DNA of 64,000 nt from Bacteroidota bacterium (GTDB lineage Bacteria; Bacteroidota; Bacteroidia; AKYH767-A; 2013-40CM-41-45), in assembly GCA_031385005.1 (NCBI GenBank), contig JANNBB010000064.1, positions 17,459-81,458 of the forward strand. Reading direction: 5' to 3'. Below, one piece after another: positions 17,026 through 26,152 of the stretch. Position 1 is the first letter of the stretch, and each line of letters begins with the position of its first letter. Made by a program: the position numbers and the translations under genes. The notes beneath the pieces are model-generated. The model was not told the DNA's origin. It was given only the letters and a program-made list of their open reading frames with translations, and ran no database searches.

Positions 17026-17195
17026 ATTCCCGCCCTGTACCGTCAAACTCCGTTAACTTTGCGCGTGAACTTTGATATCGTTTAGCTTTGCTGCCGCACA
17101 CGCCCTTCACTTGAATCAAAAATGGTTCTTACTTTACCTGGTAGCAAGGCGATGCTATGTGCGGGCTTACTTAAGCGTTTTGGGATTCTGTCGAT
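17026..17195 (+). ncRNA. Structured ncRNA, 6S RNA-like (boundaries uncertain; could start near 17064)
   Basis: Stem GCTTTGCTGCC/GGTAGCAAGGC with G-U pairs on the plus strand, extended by TATCG/CGATG, encloses a pyrimidine-rich bubble and a GAATCA/TGGTTC hairpin. The segment TTCACTTGAATC..GGTTC resembles the UUCACCUUGAACC..GGUUC segment of E. coli 6S as I recall it. Confidence 0.5.
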
Positions 17196-17466
17196 TGTCA
17201 AAGAGAGTATAAATTCTAATTTCGGATTTGTGGACTGAATAGATTACCGAAATTTGTTTTGCAACTACAGCTTTTCGAAATCCTTTCAGGGCTTGTGATT
17301 GAGGGTAAATTTCCGGAAATCGAGAAACGATTTCTTCAAATCCTTCTAATGCAGCTAGAAAATTCTTGACTTCTTTTTCCGACTAATTTTCTAACAAATA
17401 TTTAATGATCTGATCGGTTCGTAATACAGCCTGATTAGAGTAGGAAATATCAAGCTTGTTTGCCAT
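17167..17466 (-). pseudogene. RelE/ParE family toxin, inactivated by an in-frame TAG
   Basis: Not in the ORF track. Reads MANKLDISYSNQAVLRTDQIIKYLLEN*SEKEVKNF...FPEIYP...FRKAVV.KQISVIY....IRIYTLFDNRQNP. TAG at 17383-85 is codon 28 of 100. The start overlaps the antitoxin 3' end. Confidence 0.8.
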
Positions 17467-17680
17467 ACCGCTCCCAAAACTGTTTACTTGAAACTGTTTT
17501 TCCCTTTTGATGATCTTGGATTCCTTTTTCTAACGATTTTTTCTGAGCAGTTGTCAGACTGTCATACCAATCCCCGGATTCTTCAGAATCTTTTATAGAT
17601 GTCAATGCGCCAATAAGTTTTTTGTCTTTTAGCTTAGTCACCCAGTTAATGAGTTCTAGTTTTAGAACTTGAGAATTCAT
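17450..17680 (-). CDS. Putative antitoxin (addiction module component)
   Basis: 76 aa with LKLELINWV..L.D and DWYDSLT..QK..LEKGI.D...GK, overlapping the toxin gene. Confidence 0.7.
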   Translation of the reverse strand: MNSQVLKLELINWVTKLKDKKLIGALTSIKDSEESGDWYDSLTTAQKKSLEKGIQDHQKGKTVSSKQFWERYGKQA

Positions 17681-17747
17681 ATACCAAAAATAGTAAAATT
17701 ATTTGAAATACAGATTTCAAAATTCGCTGTTTTAGGTGCGTACATAT

Positions 17748-17820
17748 CTCTGTTGTTAAAGACAAGCGTCGGATTTTTACCACAGAGGCAACAAAGGCAT
17801 GAACAGAGAAAGCAAAGAAG
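17748..17820. repeat. Palindrome family A, copy 2 (loop plus right arm; left arm truncated)
   Basis: ACAAGCGTCGGATTTTTACCACAGAGGCA is identical to copy 1, and the rest of the right arm matches copy 3. Confidence 0.8.
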
Positions 17821-17854
17821 ATGAAATTAAAGTACCTGTAAACGCAGGCGATTT

Positions 17855-19615
17855 TTATTTTGCTTCCATTTCTTTTAGCATCAATTCGCGAATGTATTTA
17901 ACAGGCGCACTTCCATAGCTCAGAAACTTTTCATTGAATTCTTTCAGGTTAAATTTATCGCCGAGTTTCTTTTTCATCTCATCGCGGAATTCATAGATTT
18001 CTGTATAGCCGTTAAAATAAGAAGTAAGCTGCACCTGTGTTAACTGAACACGACGCCATTTGTTTTCTGCCTCCGTCTTCTGCTGGAAAGCTTCGTCGAG
18101 TAAAAGTTTCATAGCATCTTCTTTAGAAAGATTTCCGGCATGAACACCATAATCCAAAATGAAATTACAGGTAGCGCGAAGGTTCCACTTGTAATACATC
18201 AGCCACATGGCAGGATCGTTATCGCCGTAACCTTCTTCCAGCATCATTCGCTCTGTATAAACGGCCCAGCCCTCAACCATCGATCCATTTCCTAAAATAG
18301 ATTTGATCATGCTAGGCGATTTATTGCTGTAGATGAGTTGTGTGTAATGTCCGGGAATGGCTTCGTGAATATTCAGAATCTGGAGAATGTAATGGTTGTA
18401 TTCTCTCAGATAACTTTCCGCTTTATCTTTTTCCCAGCCGGAAAGACTGCCGACATTGTAATAAGTATTTCCTGTTTTATCGTAAGGACCCGGAGCATTG
18501 ATGGAAGCACCGGCAACACCTGCCATGTAATCCGGCTCGCGACGAACGACTAATGGACGCGAAGGATCCATGTAGATGAGATTTTTCTTCGTCACGAATT
18601 CCGTCAAATCTTTTAATTGTTTTTCAATAGCAATCTGAAATGAATCCGGCGCAACGTGGTTGGATGAAAGTCTGTCGATTACCAGACGAATAAGTTGTAA
18701 TGTATCTTCCGGATAAGGTCGTTTACCCATCAAGCCATTCCAAAGTTTGGAGGAAATGGCCGCCATTTGTTTATGTAATTCTTTTTTGTGTTCAACGGCT
18801 TTCTGATACATATCCTCCGGAGAATAGGAAGACATGATATCGAATTGAAATTTCTTTGCATACAATTCTTTACCCAGACGGAATGAGCGAGGATTTTCAT
18901 TTTTATAATTCTTCAGCCAGGTGACATAATCCTTAATAGCATTTGCAGCAGCATCTGCGCGCTCAATCATTTTTTTCTTTTCTTCTTCTGAGAGCCCTGA
19001 TTTACTTAATGCTTCTTTCAGATCTCTTTCAAAAACGCCGAGACTTCCCTGATTCTGATCAATAGCTAATTGTGTATGTTCCAATGTTGGATTGGAAATA
19101 TTTTTTTTCGCTGCTTCATAGAAAGCAGGAATGTTTTGCATTCTTAAATAGAAATTGCGAAGACGATTATCTAAACTATCATAGGTGTTGTTGAGCATAT
19201 CGCCAAATGTACTTCCGAGGTTGTAACCGGAAGGATCCCATTCATACGATTTCATTTCTTTCAGGCTCCAGATACCTGATTTTAATTGATTGTCGATTAG
19301 ATAATAATCTGTCCGGTTGTTGTCGTCCAGTTTGGCAGCATCGAATTGTTTCAATGAATCAAGTTCCGATTCGTTGAAGCGCAATTCTTTTTCACGCTGA
19401 GCGGCATCAGGAACAAATATTACACTATCATAATTATGATATCCGACAGAACTGGCCCATGTCGGGTACATTTCCCAAAAGCGAAGGACTAATCTTTCTT
19501 TATATGCAGTAAATGCTGCGTCATTGGATTTGGAATTTTCAGCATTGCTCTTGTTTTCCTGAGAGCAGGAAAATAAAATAGCAACTATAAGCAGAAGTGG
19601 AATATTCGTTTTCAT
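17855..19615 (-). CDS. DUF885 family lipoprotein (putative metallopeptidase)
   Basis: Lipobox LFS-C, HEAIPGHY, EGWAVY.E, Y..GY.EI and F.LKEFNEKFLSYG. Confidence 0.88.
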   Translation of the reverse strand: MKTNIPLLLIVAILFSCSQENKSNAENSKSNDAAFTAYKERLVLRFWEMYPTWASSVGYHNYDSVIFVPDAAQREKELRFNESELDSLKQFDAAKLDDNNRTDYYLIDNQLKSGIWSLKEMKSYEWDPSGYNLGSTFGDMLNNTYDSLDNRLRNFYLRMQNIPAFYEAAKKNISNPTLEHTQLAIDQNQGSLGVFERDLKEALSKSGLSEEEKKKMIERADAAANAIKDYVTWLKNYKNENPRSFRLGKELYAKKFQFDIMSSYSPEDMYQKAVEHKKELHKQMAAISSKLWNGLMGKRPYPEDTLQLIRLVIDRLSSNHVAPDSFQIAIEKQLKDLTEFVTKKNLIYMDPSRPLVVRREPDYMAGVAGASINAPGPYDKTGNTYYNVGSLSGWEKDKAESYLREYNHYILQILNIHEAIPGHYTQLIYSNKSPSMIKSILGNGSMVEGWAVYTERMMLEEGYGDNDPAMWLMYYKWNLRATCNFILDYGVHAGNLSKEDAMKLLLDEAFQQKTEAENKWRRVQLTQVQLTSYFNGYTEIYEFRDEMKKKLGDKFNLKEFNEKFLSYGSAPVKYIRELMLKEMEAK

Positions 19616-19761
19616 GTTTTTTGTTTACCAGCTAAATGTAGAAAAATAAAATTGAGTTTCGAAAAATTCATTGTCAATGGCTGTTTTTAAAAGACATTTT
19701 AACAGCATTTAACAAATCGAAATCATTGAAAAAAGATGCTGTTTAATCAGCTATAACGTCA

Positions 19762-20223
19762 TCAACAGAAAGATTTCGGATTGTGAGTAATCGGAAAATT
19801 GCAGGAGTTAGCAATAAAACACTTCCGATGTGCTTCTTCGTGCAGGGCATTAGCTTTTTCAATCATCCACAGCTCCTTTACTTTTACCAATGGATTTAAG
19901 GTGACAGATGTAAATCGTCCCGCAGTTTTGGGATCTAGAGTTAATACTCCGGTAGCATTATCTGTGTAATCGATTACAATAACTCCGGCATCAGCGCAAA
20001 GGTGGAGATACCAAAGCATATGACAAGCAGAAAGTGAAGCGACGAGCATATCTTCGGGATTGTGTTTGGAGCCATCACCATTAAACGGAACATCAGAAGA
20101 ACAAAGCAATTCAGGTTTACCTTTGATGTTGAGCGTATGACTTCTATCGTATTCTTTGTAACCGGAAGTTCCGCTGCCGCGGTTGCCTGTCCATTTGATT
20201 TCTGTAGTGTAGTGATGAGTCAT
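19762..20223 (-). CDS. OsmC/Ohr family protein
   Basis: Start MTHHYTT preferred. Motifs NPEDMLVASLSACHML and AH.KCFIANS give the two catalytic Cys. Confidence 0.9.
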   Translation of the reverse strand: MTHHYTTEIKWTGNRGSGTSGYKEYDRSHTLNIKGKPELLCSSDVPFNGDGSKHNPEDMLVASLSACHMLWYLHLCADAGVIVIDYTDNATGVLTLDPKTAGRFTSVTLNPLVKVKELWMIEKANALHEEAHRKCFIANSCNFPITHNPKSFC

Positions 20224-20318
20224 TGTCAATATGTATTTGCTAAGAAGCAAGAATATTTATTACTATAACGAACATCAATTTTAAAATCAAATTTTGCATT
20301 TGATAAATACAGTAAACA

Positions 20319-22574
20319 CTAACGCGGCGATATAACCATCTTCATCAAAGAGAAATTCTTCTCACTTGAAATGTTGATGAAATAAACACCTGTATTGAAA
20401 TTTTTCAAATCAAACTGTTTGAAGTTATAACCGGAGTTGACAGTCCATTTTTCAGATAAAACTTTTTTACCGAGTTCATCAAACAAATCAACGGTGAGTG
20501 TTTCGGATGATTTTGCTTCATAGTCGATAGTGAAAGCTCCTTCGTTTGGATTTGGAAACACATTGCAATTCAGCGAACCACCGGCAATTGTTTGCAAGCC
20601 GGTAACAAGTTGCACTACATATTTTACCGAACCATAAGCGTTCACTTTTCCATTTCCCCAAAACTCATTGCCTCCAACCGGGATAGTTCCCGTGAAGCCA
20701 TCTGTGATAGCGGTTTGTGTAAAAATGTCTTTTACGGTTTGCGGATCGAGGTCAGGTTTTACCTGTAACATCAAAGCGGTAATCCCCGAAACAGCAGGGG
20801 ATGACATAGATGTTCCGCTTAACATACCGTAAGGATAATCTCTGTTGTTGCCGGCATTGTGATATTTGTTGATCACAAATAAATAATCGGGACCGGCAGA
20901 ATAGAACGTAGAATCGTAAGAGCTGATTGCAGAACCGACTGTTAATCCCGGACCGGTAATATCCGGCTTTATCCGGTTGTCGGAAGTTGGGCCGTGACTG
21001 GAAAAAGGAACAAGATTTCCCTGAGTCACATAACTGCTATAGCTATAAGTTTGCAGACTGATGTTCGTCCAACTGGTTTTGGAAGCGTAAGCGCCAATTG
21101 AAATAGCGGATTTAGAAGATGCGATATCGGACATCGTCATCACATTGTTTCCGTTAGTCGCCCAGGAATAACCGTAACTCAGGAATGCGCCATAATATCC
21201 TGTCGTATTCGTCACAAATGTGTTCCAGAAATTGATCGTTCCATCTGTTCCTTTAACACGGATGCAGATTGAGTCAATGGTACTTCTATTATCAAAATCG
21301 AGGAAGATGCGAGGACGGTTATTAAATTCAGATGCAGAAGTTGTTATGCTGACAAAGCATGTGTCGTTATTGATGCCTAGGAGTGTGAAATCATGCATGC
21401 TGTCGTCAAGACAAACAAAACCTGTAGAAGCGATTTCGCCATTGTTGAACAAGGCAACTTCCGCGCAGAATGTTTTCGATGAATCACCCCACATGTCAAC
21501 CCATGTTTTTTTACCTTCAGGATTAGGTTCGATGCGTAAAAAAGTTTGAACGATTGTGTCTGTTGATGTGAATGTCTGTTGAATGTGAATGGAATCACCG
21601 CCATTGTTTCCGGCAGAGCAAACGAATATTTTTCCTGCACCGGTAAGGTTGTCAAGTGCCTGGCTGAATAGTCCGGTGCCATCGCGCGGACCAAGTGGGC
21701 TTCCCCAACTCAGGTTGACGACAGCGGGTTTGCTGACAGAAGTAGCATAGTTGAAAATATAGTTGATGCCATCGATCATGTCGGTTGCGCCTGTACTAAC
21801 CCACTGACTTTTATCCGGTGTTATGCCGACAAAAACCATATCAGATTTATAAGCCATGCCTCTGAATTTTTTTCCTCCTGTAGGACTTCCGAAACCACTG
21901 CCTGCACAAATGCCGCCAACGTGTGTTCCATGTGTACCGAGGTTGTCATAGCCAACATTCCAGAGAGTAGTGGAATCTGTAATTTCAGTTCCATAAACAT
22001 ATCCGGCAGGATTCGGACCCGTATTGTTTTTTTGTAACCATGCTTGTTTCACACGGTAAACGGTTCCTGTTGTATCGAAAAAAGAAGGGTGACCGAAATC
22101 AAAACCTGCATCGACAACACCGACTATTACACCGGCACCATTATATGGAATAGGCAGATTGAAACCCCCGTGAACAGAATCTACGCGTGTTGTTCCTCGA
22201 GCAAAATCTAAATGTGGAATAGATGGCTCATCCAATTGAATATAATCGATACCACTTAATTGCGTGAAGGCGTCAACGTTTTGAATAGGAACTTGTACCG
22301 TCCAGATCTTTCCTGCACGCGTGCCAATTTGAATATTTAAGGCATGCAGTTCTGCATCGCTTATAGAATTATTTACCTTGATAAATGCACTTACATAATT
22401 TGTATTGCCTCTTGTTTTGTAGACATAATTATGAAGAAGCTGCTCGTCGCTTAATTTTTTGATTTCTTTTAAATATTTTTTCGTCAATGGCGAAAGTTTG
22501 GGCACAGATGTTTGGGCGATTAAAGTAATCGACAAAAACAAACAGAAAGTGAGTAGGGTAGTAGTTCTTTTCAT
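20319..22574 (-). CDS. S8 (subtilisin-like) serine peptidase with T9SS CTD
   Basis: Catalytic triad VVDAG / HGTHVGG / GTSMSSP, signal peptide LIA-Q and CTD VFPNPNEG. Confidence 0.93.
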   Translation of the reverse strand: MKRTTTLLTFCLFLSITLIAQTSVPKLSPLTKKYLKEIKKLSDEQLLHNYVYKTRGNTNYVSAFIKVNNSISDAELHALNIQIGTRAGKIWTVQVPIQNVDAFTQLSGIDYIQLDEPSIPHLDFARGTTRVDSVHGGFNLPIPYNGAGVIVGVVDAGFDFGHPSFFDTTGTVYRVKQAWLQKNNTGPNPAGYVYGTEITDSTTLWNVGYDNLGTHGTHVGGICAGSGFGSPTGGKKFRGMAYKSDMVFVGITPDKSQWVSTGATDMIDGINYIFNYATSVSKPAVVNLSWGSPLGPRDGTGLFSQALDNLTGAGKIFVCSAGNNGGDSIHIQQTFTSTDTIVQTFLRIEPNPEGKKTWVDMWGDSSKTFCAEVALFNNGEIASTGFVCLDDSMHDFTLLGINNDTCFVSITTSASEFNNRPRIFLDFDNRSTIDSICIRVKGTDGTINFWNTFVTNTTGYYGAFLSYGYSWATNGNNVMTMSDIASSKSAISIGAYASKTSWTNISLQTYSYSSYVTQGNLVPFSSHGPTSDNRIKPDITGPGLTVGSAISSYDSTFYSAGPDYLFVINKYHNAGNNRDYPYGMLSGTSMSSPAVSGITALMLQVKPDLDPQTVKDIFTQTAITDGFTGTIPVGGNEFWGNGKVNAYGSVKYVVQLVTGLQTIAGGSLNCNVFPNPNEGAFTIDYEAKSSETLTVDLFDELGKKVLSEKWTVNSGYNFKQFDLKNFNTGVYFINISSEKNFSLMKMVISPR

Positions 22575-22788
22575 ATTGTAGAATGGATAGGAAGTAAAGT
22601 TAGTAAAATCTTATAGAAATGGAAAAAGGAAGTTGAATAGGTAATTACTGCTTTCAGGTTAAAATTATATAACCTAAAACGATTAAATTTTATTAAAACG
22701 CCAATAAAAATTATCGTTAAAAAAGTAAGCCCCAAGTCAGAGCAACCAAGGAAAACGAAAAAATAATCGAAGAGGTGCGAGGGCCGTC

Positions 22789-22921
22789 CACGCACCGCGC
22801 GGCGAAGGCATCGTCAGAAGCTACAAAGAGCGAGTTAAAATCGAGCCGATGCCGGAGCTGTGCGTGGTGTCTTTTTTCTTTTGCTTACTTTTCTTTTTGG
22901 ACAAGCAAAAAGAAAAGTAAG
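22789..22921. repeat. GC-rich hairpin followed by a perfect 16-bp inverted repeat, MITE/REP-like
   Basis: CACGCAC/GTGCGTG and GGCATCG/CGATGCC stems, then CTTACTTTTCTTTTTG-GACAAG-CAAAAAGAAAAGTAAG (22884-22921). Confidence 0.65.
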
Positions 22922-23025
22922 GATGTTAGTACCGTCCTTTGTTTTAACCGGACAACAGTGAATCGGTAGTAGTAAAGTTAAAAAACAGCCCTATTGACTG
23001 CTTTTTAATTGGTGTTTTATGAAGA

Positions 23026-25248
23026 TCAGTAATGAAATTTTAATGTCGCAAATAAATTTCTACCGGGAGCATTTATTCCTGAAGCGAACGTTCGATATTG
23101 AATATCCATGAGATTGTCAACTCCGGATTGAATTGTCAGCAGCTTATGTATTTTATAAGAGAAGCGCAGGTTTAAAGTGAACCATGCCGGCATGCCTTCG
23201 GGTGTGGCATATTGCTCATTGTCTTCACCGTGTAAATAGTAGTCTTTGAGTCTTTTCCAGCCATTATAATTCGCAAAAATCTCTCCGGAAAACTTTTCAT
23301 GTGTATAGGAGAATTGAAGTCGCATCATGAAAGGTGGAATGTGATCGAGGGGATAATCGCTGCTATCCGTTTTAATTCTTCCATATGTATAGTTCATCAA
23401 AAAGGACATCGTGAATTTTTCATTGAACTGCGTTTTGATGTTCGTTGAAAATCCATATAAATATGCTTTCTGTTTATTCTGATTGGCATAAACCCGGCTC
23501 ATAACACCATCATACAAAATGGAGTCGTTTCCATTATATTGGAATTGATCGGTAACAATTGCATCGAAGAATTGCGTATAGAAGAATGTGTTTTCGAGTC
23601 TGATTTTTTGATTGAATAATTTCGTGATGCCTGCTTCATAGTTAATGGTTTCTTCGGGTTTCAGCTTTGGGTTTGGTACGATGACAGCTCCCTGTTCAGA
23701 TTCAAATATCTTACTTAGGTCGTCCACATTCGGAGTGCGAAATCCGGTTGAAACAAGGAAGGATAATTTCCAGTTGTCATTCGGATTCACGATTATTCCT
23801 AAACTACCGGATATCACTTTATTGTTTTGATCTGCTTTTGTAAAAGGAAATTTAAAAAAGGAAGTATCAACAAATGTTGAGTGAAGGGAATTGTATCCTA
23901 ATCTCAAACCATCTGTCAATATAAATTTTTCAGCGAATAGCCACGTGTGTGAAATATAAACTGCCGCATTTGCCATCGTATTGTCTCCATCTGGGTACCG
24001 GGTGCTCAATTTTGTTTTCTCGCTGGTAACGATATCCGTTTCATTGGCTGTTGAAGTAAGAGTATTAAACTGACCATCAAAACCGAATCGCAAGTTATGC
24101 GACTGGACCGTTCGTTGAAAATCGATATTGGTTCCGATTATATTCACATTCTCGTTTCGATTCTGCAAAGAGTTGTTATTGAATTTTCTTGTATGACGGC
24201 TTTCTTCTATGTGTTGATAATTTATTCCCGCATGTACATGTCTGAAAAAAGTGGAATTGTTTTTATAGTTTAAATCATAAGCGGCAAGCATTCTGATTTG
24301 TGGACCATAATACCATTGTGCATAATTTAATCCTGTTGCAGTCGGGTCGGTCAGGCGATCGTATCGTGGAACATCGGACGAGGAGGAATATTGAAGATTC
24401 AAACCATGCATCAGGTGTTCGTTTTGTTTGTAAGAAAATTTCTGTAAAAAGTCATATTGATTAAATGCACTCTGTATTTGTGAATGAGGATCGTTGTTTT
24501 TAACCAATGAATCTATTCCGTTTATTCTCTCCACATAATAATTTCTTTCCCCGAAAGATTTATCGTAAAAAGGATTTTTAGATGAGCCACTTTTTAAGTC
24601 ACCGAATTTGGAATAGGTAAAAGCGGTGAGTGAAGCAAACTTTTTGCCTCCGATATTGGCATTTATATGACCTGTAATTTCATTGTTTACACTTCCATAA
24701 CGGGTAAAGGCATTTAATTTGAAAACCGACTTTTTTTCCGCGGAGGAGAACACCGGCTTTTTCGTATATAAATTAATTACACCACCCAGTGCATCGCTTC
24801 CATATACAGTAGAGGCGGGACCATACAAAATTTCTATTTGTTCAAGAATGTTGTTATCAAGAGTAATCACATTTTGTAAGTGACCTCCTCTGTAAATAAT
24901 ATTATTCATACGGACGCCATCAACCACCAGAAGAATTCTGTTGGCTTCGAATCCGCGAATCACAGGACTTCCGCCACCCATCTGACTCTTCTGAACAAAC
25001 ACATTTCCGGAATTCGTTAGCAAGTCTGCCGTTGACTGCGCTTGTAAGTTTTGAATTTCTTTAACGGATATTATCCGGATTTCCTGTGCAACAGTTTTCC
25101 GGGTTTCTTCCGTTTTATTTACTGAGATGACGACTTCATTCAGTGTGATATTGCTTTTGAGAAGAGTGTCCGGCGCAGTATTTTGACAGAAAGCATACTG
25201 GGAAAATAAGTACAACAATATGAATGAAACTGTTTTATAAACTTTCAT
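23026..25248 (-). CDS. TonB-dependent receptor
   Basis: TonB box region LNEVVIS, plug motifs GSPVIRGFEANRILLVVDGV and YGSDALGGVIN, C-terminal NL.D..Y...G....PGRN. Confidence 0.93.
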   Translation of the reverse strand: MKVYKTVSFILLYLFSQYAFCQNTAPDTLLKSNITLNEVVISVNKTEETRKTVAQEIRIISVKEIQNLQAQSTADLLTNSGNVFVQKSQMGGGSPVIRGFEANRILLVVDGVRMNNIIYRGGHLQNVITLDNNILEQIEILYGPASTVYGSDALGGVINLYTKKPVFSSAEKKSVFKLNAFTRYGSVNNEITGHINANIGGKKFASLTAFTYSKFGDLKSGSSKNPFYDKSFGERNYYVERINGIDSLVKNNDPHSQIQSAFNQYDFLQKFSYKQNEHLMHGLNLQYSSSSDVPRYDRLTDPTATGLNYAQWYYGPQIRMLAAYDLNYKNNSTFFRHVHAGINYQHIEESRHTRKFNNNSLQNRNENVNIIGTNIDFQRTVQSHNLRFGFDGQFNTLTSTANETDIVTSEKTKLSTRYPDGDNTMANAAVYISHTWLFAEKFILTDGLRLGYNSLHSTFVDTSFFKFPFTKADQNNKVISGSLGIIVNPNDNWKLSFLVSTGFRTPNVDDLSKIFESEQGAVIVPNPKLKPEETINYEAGITKLFNQKIRLENTFFYTQFFDAIVTDQFQYNGNDSILYDGVMSRVYANQNKQKAYLYGFSTNIKTQFNEKFTMSFLMNYTYGRIKTDSSDYPLDHIPPFMMRLQFSYTHEKFSGEIFANYNGWKRLKDYYLHGEDNEQYATPEGMPAWFTLNLRFSYKIHKLLTIQSGVDNLMDIQYRTFASGINAPGRNLFATLKFHY

Positions 25249-25328
25249 TTAGTTCGATTTTCTTTAAAGTAGAATAACATATAAATATTTCAACGACGAA
25301 AAATCTTTCGTTGAAAAAACAAAAAATG

Positions 25329-25841
25329 TTAAACGACCTTTGGGGGTGGAGAAAGAATCTCGGCGTCAGTAGAAAAAGACGATTCGGTGTATGAAGGGAA
25401 ATCCGGTAATATTTTTTCAGAAGGAGAAAAATCAAAATCAGTTATTTCCTGAAAATAAACCATAGAAAGTAAGAGATTAAGTTGCGAAGAAAATGGGTTT
25501 TTGGAAGAGTCGTTGTTGTTTATCAGATTTTTAATAATAGATAAAACACTTTCTTCTTCAGTATCGTGAATGACGAGTAAATGCACTTTATTGCCTTCAA
25601 AGGAGATGGATTTTACATCATACATTTTCCCATCCATAGAAAACTCTTTTCCGGGATCTTTGAATGTTTCGTTTGGTTTTAAGGTAATGGTAATTTCTTC
25701 AAAAGCGGTTTCGCAATCGTTCAGCTTTTTTGTCATTTCATGCTGAACATAGGATTGCTGAATATTACAAATGAGCAGGAGTCCACCGGCCTGTAAAAGG
25801 AGGAGTAAAAACAGAAAAAAAATACCTGTCCGGAGAATCAT
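25329..25841 (-). CDS. Hypothetical protein with N-terminal membrane anchor, upstream of the TonB receptor
   Basis: 170 aa with EF..DGKMYDV motif and C-terminal ..SPPPK. Confidence 0.7.
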   Translation of the reverse strand: MILRTGIFFLFLLLLLQAGGLLLICNIQQSYVQHEMTKKLNDCETAFEEITITLKPNETFKDPGKEFSMDGKMYDVKSISFEGNKVHLLVIHDTEEESVLSIIKNLINNNDSSKNPFSSQLNLLLSMVYFQEITDFDFSPSEKILPDFPSYTESSFSTDAEILSPPPKVV

Positions 25842-26000
25842 AAAATGGGTTCTGACAGCTAATATAAAAAAATAATGGCATTTAATAATTCTTGTACGGA
25901 ATAAAATAAGTTTTTACCTCAACCCTATCACACATTTTTGTTTCTTTAAATATTTATACCGAATTTCTTGCTACCAACTTCACCAATTTGAACCATCAAA

Positions 26001-26102
26001 CTCTGTTTACTTTGCGCGTGACTCCGTTAACTCTGTGGTTAAAAACCGACGTCGGAATTTTACCACAGAGGCAACAAAGGCATGAACAGAGAAAGCAGAG
26101 AG
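26001..26102. repeat. Palindrome family A, copy 3
   Basis: CTCTGTGGTT-loop(ACCGACGTCGGAATTTT)-ACCACAGAGGCAACAAAGGCATGAACAGAGAAAGCA. Confidence 0.8.
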
Positions 26103-26152
26103 TAAACAAAAAAATATTAATCGGAAAAACTTTTGCAGGCAATGGGATAGGA

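Noticed and set aside
17170-17200. Outer closing stem of the 6S-like RNA (TCCC/GGGA) as strong evidence
   Set aside because: This segment is also the last codons of the toxin pseudogene on the other strand, so it was not relied on. Only the inner stems support the RNA call.
22775-22969. 64-aa ORF across the hairpin element
   Set aside because: Its FSFAYFSFWTSKKKSK segment is simply the translation of the 16-bp inverted repeat, so it is likely spurious.
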